Positions 51,584 to 63,372 are shown, counted from the first letter of the whole stretch. The stretch: 63,929 nt of DNA, filler included, from Octopus bimaculoides (GCF_001194135.2; 8 parts of 8 records of this genome joined end to end with filler, not necessarily neighbours in it), one strand, 5' to 3'. Notes: generated from the letters alone by a model not told the origin. Numbers and translations are program-made.

Positions 51584-52040
51584 GAAGGTGGCGAGCTGGC
51601 AGAAACGTTAGCACGCCGGGCGAAATGTTTAGCGGTATTTCGTTTGCCGTTACGTTCTGAGTTCAAATTCCGGCGAGGTCGACTTTTCGTTTCATCCTTT
51701 CGGAGTCGATAAATTAAGTTACGCACTGGGGTCGATGTAATCGACTTAATCCCTGTCCTTGTTTGTTCCCTCTATGTTTAGCCCCTTGTGGCCAATAAAG
51801 AAATAAGAAACGTTAGCACGACGGGCGAAATGCTTAGCGATATTTCGTTTGCCGTTACGTTCTGTGTTCAAATTCCGCCGAGATCGACTTTGACTTTCAT
51901 CCTTTCGGGGTCGATAAATAAACTACCAGTTACGTACTGGGGTCGATGTAATCCACTTAATCTCTTTGTCTGCCCTTGTTTGTCCCCTCTTGTGGGCAAT
52001 AAAGAAATAAGAAACGCTAACACGCCGTGCGAAATGTTAG
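51584..52040 (+). mobile_element. Head-to-tail SINE multimer (2 full units of about 204 bp plus the start of a third)
   Basis: Units restart at 51601, 51806 and 52010 through the junction AAGAAATA|AGAAACG. Confidence 0.88.
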
Positions 52041-52880
52041 TGTTTTCCATAATCATCCGCCGTGAAAAGGACGCAAGTGCGGGTGCTGAATGTGTTTAGG
52101 GAATGTGGTATTGCTTACGTAGAAAATAAAATGTGCGTGATGCGATGACCCATTCCTATTGCCGTTCTTAATGTGAATCAGTGAAAATTTGTGCTTGTAC
52201 TTGTCTTCTGGCTGCTATTTCTAGCGTGCCGATGCTACTTGCAGTACACTTAAGAATTAATTGATAATTTTTTTTTACATCATGGTATTCTTTTACGCAT
52301 GGTATGCCACTTGATATTGGTGTAAACAATAATATTCTCATATATGTTCATACATATATACATATAAAATTTCCAGATTTTGAAGTATCACATATTTGAA
52401 AAGTAATAGCACCACTGTAGAGTCGAGAATAACGCGGCTGTGTACCGAGAATTATGTATGCAAACATATATATNNNNNNNNNNNNNNNNNNNNNNNNNNN
52501 NNNNNNNNNNNNNNNNNTTAATTAATTAANNNNNNNNNNNNNNNNNNNNNNNNNNNNNNNNNNNNNNNNNNNNCAGGCACCTTGGGCAAGTGTCTTCTAC
52601 TATAGCCTCGGGCCGACCAAAGCCTTGTGAGTGGATTTGGTAGACGGAAACTGAAAGAAATCCGTCGTATATATGTGTGTGTGTGTTTGTTCCCCCACCA
52701 TCGCTTGACAACCGATGCTGGTGTGTTTACGCCCCCGTAACTTAGCGATTCGGCAAAAAGAAACAGATAGAATAATTACTAGGCTTAATAAGTCCTGCGG
52801 TCGATTTTATCGACTGAAGACGGTGCTCCAGCATGGTCGCAGTCAAATGACTAAAACAAGTGAAAGAATAAAAGAAAACT

Positions 52881-53069
52881 CTTCATATTTGTTCAATATA
52901 CATTGCATTAGAAGTATTACATGATTTTTGTTTCAATCCTGTGTCCGGACGTTGAGATTCACTGCTCGGGTTGTGTAGGGCTGACCGTGTGAATTTTCCG
53001 AGCCCCCTCCGTTTGTCAGCGCACATTTTTTCCTTCATATTTGTTCAATATACATTGCATTAGAAGTAT
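52881..53069. repeat. 152-bp tandem repeat entering an 820-nt gap
   Basis: CTTCATATTTGTTCAATATACATTGCATTAGAAGTAT occurs at 52881 and 53033. Confidence 0.7.
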
Positions 53070-53890
53070 NNNNNNNNNNNNNNNNNNNNNNNNNNNNNNN
53101 NNNNNNNNNNNNNNNNNNNNNNNNNNNNNNNNNNNNNNNNNNNNNNNNNNNNNNNNNNNNNNNNNNNNNNNNNNNNNNNNNNNNNNNNNNNNNNNNNNNN
53201 NNNNNNNNNNNNNNNNNNNNNNNNNNNNNNNNNNNNNNNNNNNNNNNNNNNNNNNNNNNNNNNNNNNNNNNNNNNNNNNNNNNNNNNNNNNNNNNNNNNN
53301 NNNNNNNNNNNNNNNNNNNNNNNNNNNNNNNNNNNNNNNNNNNNNNNNNNNNNNNNNNNNNNNNNNNNNNNNNNNNNNNNNNNNNNNNNNNNNNNNNNNN
53401 NNNNNNNNNNNNNNNNNNNNNNNNNNNNNNNNNNNNNNNNNNNNNNNNNNNNNNNNNNNNNNNNNNNNNNNNNNNNNNNNNNNNNNNNNNNNNNNNNNNN
53501 NNNNNNNNNNNNNNNNNNNNNNNNNNNNNNNNNNNNNNNNNNNNNNNNNNNNNNNNNNNNNNNNNNNNNNNNNNNNNNNNNNNNNNNNNNNNNNNNNNNN
53601 NNNNNNNNNNNNNNNNNNNNNNNNNNNNNNNNNNNNNNNNNNNNNNNNNNNNNNNNNNNNNNNNNNNNNNNNNNNNNNNNNNNNNNNNNNNNNNNNNNNN
53701 NNNNNNNNNNNNNNNNNNNNNNNNNNNNNNNNNNNNNNNNNNNNNNNNNNNNNNNNNNNNNNNNNNNNNNNNNNNNNNNNNNNNNNNNNNNNNNNNNNNN
53801 NNNNNNNNNNNNNNNNNNNNNNNNNNNNNNNNNNNNNNNNNNNNNNNNNNNNNNNNNNNNNNNNNNNNNNNNNNNNNNNNNNNNNNNNNN

Positions 53891-54191
53891 NCCTACCTCC
53901 TGCGAAAAGGAATTACCCTGCTATGTATAATCAAGGCAGCGCAAAAAGTTGTTTTGCACAAGCATTTGTATAGCCAATTAGACGGATGAAATTTACGTAC
54001 ACTTAATAATGTTACACAAAACAGCCTTAAGACTTTCCCTATTAATTTCGTCTTTTGAATTATGAACATATTTACATCATAAGGGTTTTTTCATTGTAAG
54101 GCTTTCTTTTTTAGTTGATTTTCACCTAGCAAGACTTATCGTAAATGGCGTAATAAGTCACACCCGGACAACGTCGGGTTATACTGCTAGT
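53891..54191 (+). mobile_element. Helitron 3' terminus
   Basis: GC-rich hairpin ACCCGGACAACGTCGGGT (54162-79), a 7-nt spacer, then CTAG|T at 54187-91. Confidence 0.75.
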
Positions 54192-54339
54192 ATATATATA
54201 AAGGTTGAATGAAGGGGTCATAATAATAGTGCTAGTGATAGTGGTTTCAACGAATGAAGGTGCGTATACGTATGTGACAATGGTGCGTGTAAGAGTGTAT
54301 GTATGAATATGGGCGAGTGACTGACGTATGTGCGTGTGT

Positions 54340-54397
<58 letters not shown>

Positions 54398-54659
54398 TGT
54401 TACCAAACTGTGGACATGTGTATGGTATATGTGGCGAAAGTTATCTTTGTCTATGTATGTTGCCTGTATTAATGCATGTGTATGTATATATTGTCTGTGT
54501 TCAGGTATTATGTGAGTGTGGGAGTGTGCTTGATGGCGTGTGGTGTGTGTACTGAGTTATACAATTTGTGTGGCTGCTCACATAGTAGTATGTGTGGTTG
54601 CGCTATTGAAGATTGTTTGTGGGTGTGCGGAAGATGGTGTGTAGTATGGGTGCTGAGAA

Positions 54660-56108
54660 GTGATCAATGCTAGTGTGTGTGGAGTGGTGTGGGGTTGGTA
54701 TCAAACTAAGAGAGGAGATGAGGTTCGTGTCAGATGAAGAGAAGTGGTGAGTTGAGCCCATGTAGTGCAACGGAGAGAAGAGAGAAGATTAATTCCTGTT
54801 CATGGTAAAGGCAGGAGACTGGATGACCCATGTGCAATGACATTCTGAACACAGGCAAATGTTGTAGCAAATGACCGGTAGTTTGGAAATGGCATGAAAC
54901 CGGAGTGTCATGGCCGATTCTGATGTCTCGGAGGTACTCCATGAACCGGCCAGCCAAACGTTGTCCTATTTGAACGATGTACAGGAAAGGACAGAAAGAG
55001 CTGTGGATGCAGTAAATGACGTTACGAGAAGTGCAGATAAAGGAGTCGGTGATGCGATGGGTACCTGTGAGGATGGTGGGGGTGTTGGAGAGGTAGGGGC
55101 AGGTGTGACAGCGTGGGCAAGAGCAGGGAAAGGAACCAGGCTGGGAGGTGGGGTTAGGGAAGAAACCGTGGACAAGGAAGTCAGGCAGGTTATGGGCTCG
55201 TTTGAAGAAGAGAAGGGGTAAGTTATGGAAGATGTGCAAGGTGGAGGGGTTGGACTGGGGTCGCCGAAAGGCTCGGAGAATGGTGCACTGGAGTGGCTGG
55301 GTAGAGGGGTGGTAGGTGATAAGAAACAGGATTCGGAAAACAGCGGGGCGAGTGCGAGGAGAAAGGGCAGAGGCACGGTCCACAGATCGCACCCTGGCAA
55401 GGGCAGTGTGGATAGTAGTGAGTGTGTATCCACCTAGGATAAAGTGATTAGCCATGAGTTGAGACTGAGTTTCAAAGTCACGGTTGTCACTGCAGAGCCT
55501 GCGCAGACGGAGGAATTAGAAGTAGGGGATGGAGAGTAGGTAGGAGACGCAGTTAAGGTAGGAGTGTGAATCAGTGTGTTTTTTTAGTAGATGGAGGCAG
55601 TGAAGGCAGAATGGTGGATGCTGACAGAAATGTCGAGAAATTCGACGGAAGAGTTAGAGATAGTGCAGGAGAATTCGAGGGTAGGGTGGAACGATTGGAC
55701 AAAAGAGAGGAAGAAGACTAAGTGTTTGCAGGATAGTGAGGTCACGCCCATAAAGTAATGGATATAACGACCATATATTTGTGAGAATATTTGGGTCTCA
55801 CCGTAGTCAACGAATAGGTTCACATAATTGAGGGCTCATTCTCGCTCCCATTGCCACTCCCGAGCAAAAAAATCTGTTGGTAAAAATCTCCATCGAACAA
55901 GAAGCAGTTGAGAGAAAGAACAAGTTCGGCCAGACAAAGAAGTGTAGAGATGTCTCGTTGAGGGTCAGGTCGAAGGTCGAGAAAGTGTTTGAGCACAAGA
56001 AGACCTTCATTGTGTGGGACCAACATATATAGATGTTTGATATCGAGAGTGACCAGCAAGGAAGGAGAAGGGTTAAAGAGACAGAGAGCATGATTAGTGT
56101 CATAGATG

Positions 56109-56110
<2 letters not shown>
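54660..56110 (-). mobile_element. Second copy of the Neptune-type PLE (RT C-half plus GIY-YIG), 5'-truncated at a (TA)n tract
   Basis: LDIKHLYMLVPHNEGL, GVAMGARM, QSFHPTLEF, FLDIS, CPRCHTC, FICTSRNVIYCI; colinear with 32.7-34.2 kb. Confidence 0.9.
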
Positions 56111-56149
<39 letters not shown>

Positions 56150-56466
56150 NNNNNNNNNNNNNNNNNNNNNNNNNNNNNNNNNNNNNNNNNNNNNNNNNNN
56201 NNNNNNNNNNNNNNNNNNNNNNNNNNNNNNNNNNNNNNNNNNNNNNNNNNNNNNNNNNNNNNNNNNNNNNNNNNNNNNNNNNNNNNNNNNNNNNNNNNNN
56301 NNNNNNNNNATAGAATATGGAATATACAATATATAATATGATATACAATATACAATATAAAATAAAATAAAATAAAAATGGATGGCACCATGAAAGAAAG
56401 TATTGAATGTAGATGAAATATTGAGTGTTCAATATAAAGGATCAGTCTGTTAAAGTCTGTCATACC

Positions 56467-56506
56467 GGCCATGACGAAGGGAAATAGCCCTGAAACTCGG
56501 GTCGCC
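56467..56506 (+). ncRNA. Type I hammerhead motif with a 1-nt core insertion
   Basis: GGC-C(A)TGACGA-AGGG-aaatag-CCCT-GAAAC-TCGG-GTC-GCC: all three stems form, GUC site. Confidence 0.6.
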
Positions 56507-56529
56507 TTTATATATATATATTTATATTT

Positions 56530-57892
56530 ATATATTTATATATTTGATCCTTTGATATTGCTGCACCTCTTATGTGTCCATAGCTTGCCCTGGGTACATC
56601 TTGTAGAGTTTCTACCTACACCTTTTCTACAGATCGAGCAGGGCCATCTACCTAAAAGGGTCTGTGTTTTGTCTCCCTTCCTACTTATTAGGACTTTGAT
56701 TTTAGCTAGGTTGACTCTAAGGCCCTTCGATTCTAGTCCCTGCTTCCACACCTGAAACTTCTCCTCTAGTTCTGATAGTGACTCAACAATTAGTGCAAGG
56801 TCATCAGCATAGAGGAGCTCCCAGGGGCATCCTGTCTTGAACTCCTCTGTTATCGCCTGGAGGACTATGATGAATAGGAGTCCTTATGCCATCCTTAAAC
56901 CTTTTTTTAGGTTTATGCCGATAACGTTTCCCCTCTGCCAGCTCACCATAAAACAGCTGTTTCGGCATGCGTTCATCTGCCATTCGAACAATATGGCCAC
57001 ACCATCTCAATTGGTTCCTCAAAATCATGGCTTTAATTGAGGGGATGCCTGCAGATGCAAAGATATCTGTGTTTGGAGTAAAAGAATTCCATTTAATTCT
57101 TAAAATATGACGAAGGCATTTTTGGTGGAATTCTTCTAACATTTTAAAATGCCTTTCATAACAGGTCCAAGTTTCACAGGCTTTCTTAGGCGATTGTACA
57201 TGGGCGATTTGTACCGAAAAGTCCACCGCTTTCAAAATCAACTCCATGACTAAGATAAACCACGTGACAGATATTGTACAGCCAGCAGCAATACCAGTCT
57301 CCAATCGGTGCCAATCTGTTGTAAAATTTCCAGCTGTAAACCTCATTTCGAAACTGTCATAGTACATCCTCATTATTTTGATCACTTTTTCTGGAATGTG
57401 GAAGTGGTCCATGGCTCTTATCAGTAATTCGTGTGGCACTGATCCATATGCATTAGCTAGATCAAGCCATACCACGTTCAAACTACTCTTTTTCTGCTTG
57501 GCATCCTGGATCGCTTTCCAAATCGAAAAACAATGTTCAACGCATCCAGGGATCCCGGGGATTCCAGCCTTTTGAACAGACTCATCAACATACCCGTTAT
57601 TTTGTAAATATGTTACTGTTCTCCTGGAAAGAATTCCCATAAAGATCTTGCATTCCACATTCAATAAGGATATCGGCCTAAACTGTTTTAAAGTCTTTGC
57701 ATTGGCCTCTTTCGGCAGGTATATAACTTCTGCCTTACACCAGTCTTCTACTAGAGTCTCTTCGCGCCACAGTTGTCGGAGTAGGACAAAGAGCTTCTTT
57801 CGCAAACGATTGCAATATTTATAGACTTTATATGAGACACCATCACCTCCTGGGGCACTCTTTACTCTCGCTTTTTTTACGAAATCATTCAC
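56530..57892 (-). mobile_element. Tripartite LINE chimera: Hero/R2-group RT (57892-57182) + RTE C-terminus (57181-56884) + RTE-type YADD/PHD segment (56881-56530)
   Basis: SAPGGDG, FRPISLLNVE.KIF, SVQKAGIPG.PGC.EH, VVWLDLANAYGSVPH, GCTISV; then CETWT..LEEFHQKCLRHIL..QLRWCGH.VRM.DERMPKQLFYGEL; then LLFIIVL..WELLYADDL..WPCSICRKGVG..WTHKRCS. Confidence 0.85.
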
Positions 57893-58710
57893 CTATCGTA
57901 CACCCTGACTACCTCTATGACCTTATCCACCCATTTCTCAACAAGAAGTATGCCTACACTCTGTACTCCGTCATTGAGGTCCATATTATAAACTGTAGCC
58001 CATCTAGCCTTCTTAAATTTCATGTTTATATAACAGTTGATTATTGTACCATATATACATTTCTGTCTTTACTCAGGCGTGTATATATTATTATTCTACT
58101 ATGTAGAGTGCATTGATTAAATATGTGTAATACTTACTGTAAATAGGTTACGGTGACCCAGCTACATTTGTTTTCTTTAACTAATGACCTAATAATTATT
58201 AATTATTTCAATCTCTGTGATGTTTGTATTTTCCATTTTTTCTTTTCTCTTTCCATAACTTTCAGCGGACGCTATGAAGTGGTGACTTTGATGCTGTCCC
58301 AGGTTAGTTAACAAATACATATTATATACACTCACTAGTATTTTATTGATCTCTTTAATATTAATATCACCAAGGTACCATTGAAGTAATGGCGTAATCA
58401 CCTGTACCCTCAAACCCTTTATATGACAGGTCTTGGGTCTGTGGAGGAACAGTGTGTTGATCATGATGATGACAGTATTAGTGGTGATGAACCACCACCA
58501 TTGACAATAGTTTCTTTAATTATTAGATGAAACAAGATCATTACGAAATTAACACAAATATATCAGATCTCATGTCTATATATATGCATGTATATATGCA
58601 TATANNNNNNNNNNNNNNNNNNNNNNNNNNNNNNNNNNNNNNNNNNNNTTAATTAATTAANNNNNNNNNNNNNNNNNNNNNNNNNNNNNNNNNNNNNNNN
58701 NNNNATTATT

Positions 58711-59186
58711 CCCTAGTAAGGGTTTAGGGTTTTAGGGTTAGGGTTAAGGTTATGGCAAAAATAATCATAACCCTAACCGTAATCCTAAAACTAACCCTAA
58801 CTCTAAAACCCGAACCCTAACCCTAAACTAGAGTTGGAGGTGCATTAATAATTCTGCCAGCTCCAATAGCAAGTGCAGGAAATATTCAAGTATTTTGATG
58901 GCTTTTTCCCCTTTGTTTACGAACAGTCTAGTTAATCGGAAATGTCAGAACTAACGGGGATTAATACCATATACACCGTAACAGTAGTAACTGTATTCAA
59001 CTGAATAGACGTCAGTGATTTAGTTGAAATTATCGAAATAAGACAATTTTTAACGTGAAATAACTTCGAATACAAAAATTGTTATCTGTTCTATACCACA
59101 AAATATACAAGTATATAAAGTGTGAAAGTGTTTCGGTACCAAAAACACTACATAAAAAAATGTTGCCTGTCAAATCATAAAGATCC
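58711..59186. mobile_element. Telomere-repeat fold-back element, copy 2 (central hairpin deleted)
   Basis: TTAGGG-like array, GCAAAAATAATCATAACCC, CCCTAA-like array with the same CTCTAAAACCCGAACC variant units; the tail matches 23043-23243. Confidence 0.8.
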
Positions 59187-60581
59187 AAAACGGGAAACCT
59201 ATGTTTTTTTTTTTTTTCCCACTCTTAGAGAGGACAGCAGTTCAAATCCTACCCACCCACCCCGCTGGGGGTGGGGTGTGTAGTAGTAGTCGAGCCTGTA
59301 ATACGCTCACTTTTTCTAAAGCAGGAAACCTATAATCTGTTTCCCTCCCCGCTCCTCTTAATGAGGAATATAGTTCAATTAATAAGCCTACAATGGCTGA
59401 AGTTCGATTTCCTCCATAGCACAGAACACATTAAAGACGGGAAACCTATACTGTGTTACTTCCTCTTAACGAGGTTGGCACTCCGTCGCTTACGACGACG
59501 AGAGTTCCAGTTGATCCGATCAACGGAACAGCCTGCTCGTGAAATTAACGTGCAAGTGGCTGAGCACTCCACAGACACGTGTACCTTTAACATAGTTCTC
59601 GGGGATATTCAGGGTGACAAGGCTGACCCTTTGAATTACAGGCACAACAGAAACAGGAAGTAAGAGTGAGAGAAAGTTGTGGTGAAAGAGTACAGCAGGG
59701 TTCGCCACCACCCCCTGCCGGAGCCTCGTGGAGCTTTAGGTGTTTTCGCTCAATAAACACTCACTGGGAATCCTATGACTGCGAGTCCGCTGCCCTAACC
59801 ACTGGGCCATTGCGCCTCCACTATCTTCTTAACGAGGATACTAGTTCAAAAACAAATAACAGTTCAGATCGCACCCCCGCTGGCGGAGGAGCAACAATAA
59901 GCCTACAATGGCTTTAAAATGTTCAATTTTTAGCACACAATGCTACCAAAATGGCTTAACACAGACAATTACTTTCTCCCTTTACCGGGGAAAGGCACAA
60001 ATAATGTCAACAATTTAACAATTTTCAACAATTCGAAAATGTTCGACACGTTAGCAATAATTTCAACAACAACAAAACGTTCCACTCACCAAAAACACGT
60101 TCGCCAACGACAGAGCCACTCCTACGCCTATGTATGTACGTATGCATGTGTACGTGTATGCATGCATGTACGTATTTAGTACGTTTGTTGACTTATCTGC
60201 GTGTGTATGTACATGTAAATGTATGTTTATGTATTGATATGTGTGTATTTTCAAGTTGTATATATAACTGTTACTCTGTCGAAGGTGCAAATATAAACCT
60301 ACCTATACACATGTACAAGTACACACAATCATATAAACACGTATACACACACACACAATCTTACAGTATACACATATATACGTTTATGCATCTATGCATG
60401 TCTATTTTCACATACTTTTAAACACAAATACACACACACATACGTACGTATATGCATGTGTATGCGTATGCATGTACACATATGCACACATACATACACA
60501 GACGCATATATATCATGAATTAACTGCTACTTTCTCAGTTGTAGCTCCAAGTTCAATCAATGAACAGGTCGCAGTTTCAAA

Positions 60582-60787
60582 GCGACGAAAATATTTTGAC
60601 ACCAATTCAATTTAAATGTCGAAGTGAAACTAACGGTTTTTGTGTGTTCTTAAATGGCTTACAAACATCTTCCACACTGCAATTGTTTATATAATATAAT
60701 GTGTATGTAAGCCATTTAAGAACACACAAAAACCGTTAGTTTCACTTCAATATTTAAATTTAATTTGTATCGAAATATTTTCGTCGC
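60582..60787. repeat. Inverted repeat with 82-bp arms (43 bp perfect) and a 42-nt loop
   Basis: GAAGTGAAACTAACGGTTTTTGTGTGTTCTTAAATGGCTTACA (60621-63) is exactly reverse-complemented at 60706-48. Confidence 0.9.
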
Positions 60788-60993
60788 GAGTACCTTTTAC
60801 TGAACAGACGTGTTTTTCTGTTGCTCTCGTTTAATTGTAGGTTTTCTCTTTTGGGATTACCGTTGTTTTCTGAACTATTATACAATTTTTGCTGTTTTCT
60901 GTGTCTTCTGGACACATTACCTGCTTAAGCAGGTTGGTTTTTTTTTTTGTGCGAATTCTCCCTATATAAAATTTTTTACATAATCAGTACAAC

Positions 60994-61990
60994 ATGGAAA
61001 TTGGCGTCTCCCAATATGTAATTCCAGACTTTTTGGAGGAATTGTGCAAACAAATGTTACCCTCCCTCCCATTTTGCCAAACGAAGGAAAAGAAAAACGT
61101 ACCAGAAAATGATAAAATCGACCTCCGAATTGAAACACAGAATGGTAATGGGAAAATGAACTAGGCGTCCGTGGCCGGCGTCACTAGAGAAACACTATAG
61201 AAACAGAAGGATGCCATCGAAAAGTGCCTACTACCAATTTGGCACGACATAAAATACGTAAATAGAGGAAGGCACTTCGACTCAGTCGAGGTGAGATTCG
61301 TTTCCGAAGAGGAACCAAAGGAACACTTTACGCCTCCCTTAAAGTCGACAGATCTGGTGTTACTGCCGACTTACCTTGGAAGACGAACATCGAAAATAAG
61401 GATAGCGGGGATCCCACCAAAGATCGATGCTGTGCGGCTGGTAGCAGCTGTACTGCTGAACCTGGAGGATAGAGCCACTATCCTTCAGGCCACCAGGCTA
61501 CACCAGCAAACCTGATGGGGCCAAGGTCAGGAGCTAATAATCCAGGCCACCCAGAAAAAACTTGGAAGAGATAACAAAACAAACAATATTATTGGACGAG
61601 ACCACGCTAAGAGTCATGGTGGACGGGCAAAAGAGCTCCACGTGCCCACAGGTCCTTTAACCAAACGCACCCCTTCCAAGTAACTCACCACAGTCTGATG
61701 ACCCGAAAGAAAGCAAAGGGGAGCCAACCAGCACCGCGACGAAAACCCATCAACCCACCACAAACTGACAACCCGAAAGAAAAAAAGAAGTCGACCAACA
61801 CCACGATAAAGCAGCCCACATCAAAGGGAAGCGGAGGACCCCAAGAGGGACACCCCAAAGGAACTACTTCCAACCTTCTTCGGAGAGCGATGACGGATGG
61901 ACAATGGTTAAAAAGAGACGTAAAATGAAAGGTACCCCCTGCGCATCATTAAAAATAACACCAAAGACAACCAAAACCCCGCATCCACAA
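60994..61990 (+). mobile_element. L1/Tx1-clade LINE ORF1-like remnant
   Basis: Long frame with a few stops: DSVEVRF..LLPTYLGRRTSKIRIAGIPP, low-complexity basic tail ..ESDDGWTMVKKRRK; no ORF2 seen. Confidence 0.45.
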
Positions 61991-62048
61991 CATACACAAG
62001 CTACAAATTTCCTACACAGTTACCCTAAATAAAGAACCCATCAAAGAC

Positions 62049-62477
62049 TGTGGTGAGTGCGTACGAGTAGATGTAATCGCCTTACCTCGGTTTTCCTTTC
62101 CTCAACTGCGAGTCCGTCTTGCGGTATCCGATCCTCGAAGCTTGCCCCGACCCAAAGTACACCAGGAATAGCAGCTGCTTCTCCCAAACCTTCCCAAACC
62201 TAGACGTCTTGTCCTGACCGCAGCCCCGTTCGAAAAGGGCACGAATACCGATCGAGGCTCCCTCTGCCCTTTTTCCTCTTCCGGTCGACTCGCCCTTCCG
62301 GTCAGCCTCCCCAGACACTGACGTCATACCACACGCCACCCTGATCTTAAAGATCACGTTCACCCCTACTCCAATTCGAAGTTCGCCATCCAACCGGGCG
62401 GGCGCCCTACACGTCGAGATCTTCTCAAGCTAGGTGGCTCGTTTCCATCGCACTCTTCATCCGACGAAGTGGCTATC
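62049..62477 (-). mobile_element. Gypsy 3' end: integrase tail plus 285-bp LTR (62333-62049)
   Basis: LRRSRRVGRPPGWMANFEL* then a purine-rich tract and an LTR bounded by TGTGGT...ACCACA. Confidence 0.65.
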
Positions 62478-63322
62478 NNNNNNNNNNNNNNNNNNNNNNN
62501 NNNNNNNNNNNNNNNNNNNNNTTAATTAATTAANNNNNNNNNNNNNNNNNNNNNNNNNNNNNNNNNNNNNNNNNNNNCACACATCCACATGATACCAATC
62601 CTAGACGGGCCCCGATGTGTATGTCCTAGCTCTGTTCGCACTGTTTTTTCAAAGTTCCCCTTTTGTGATAAAACCATAGCTATTATAGTAAGCCTCCTCA
62701 TCATCATCATCTTCATCATTGTTATTATCATCATTCATTATCATTGCTATTATTATTATCATTATTACTATTATTATTATTATCATTATTATTATTATTA
62801 GAATTAATATTACTGTTCGTAGCATCTTATGAAATATCTATCGTCCCTTTGTGATTCTGGAACTTCCTCTGAGAGAGGAGGGGGGGCGTTCAATTTCTTT
62901 CCCTGCTTCTTGTTTTTATTTATTTTTGTTTTCTCGTTTGCAGAACTTAACTTTAAAACTATCCATTTGGGTAACTTCTTAGAGAGGAATGGGTTTTCTT
63001 AGAAAAAAAATAAAATAATAATAATAGTAATAATATTAACCACAAGAAATCTAGAAATGAATAAAATAAATATGTAAAGCAGAATAAAATAACAAACATT
63101 CTGAGACAGCAAAAAAAGAAAAAAACAGAAAGAAATAATAAAAGAAACGAAGGATAGAAAAAATTCTTCAATCAAACCCGCCATCGTTTGCGATAGGCCA
63201 CATCGCAACTGAAGTCCCAAAATATTGCTGTAATCTTCTCTGGAGATAAATGTATAAATATATATGTGTGTGTGTGGGGGGGGGTATATATATGTGTAAA
63301 TATGTAAGTATAAGAATAAGTA

Positions 63323-63372
<50 letters not shown>

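Noticed and set aside
61695-61709. CTGATGACCCGAAAG hammerhead-like string
   Set aside because: There is no stem II, stem III or NUH site; it is part of a duplicated coding motif (SDDPKE / TDNPKE) in the ORF1 remnant.
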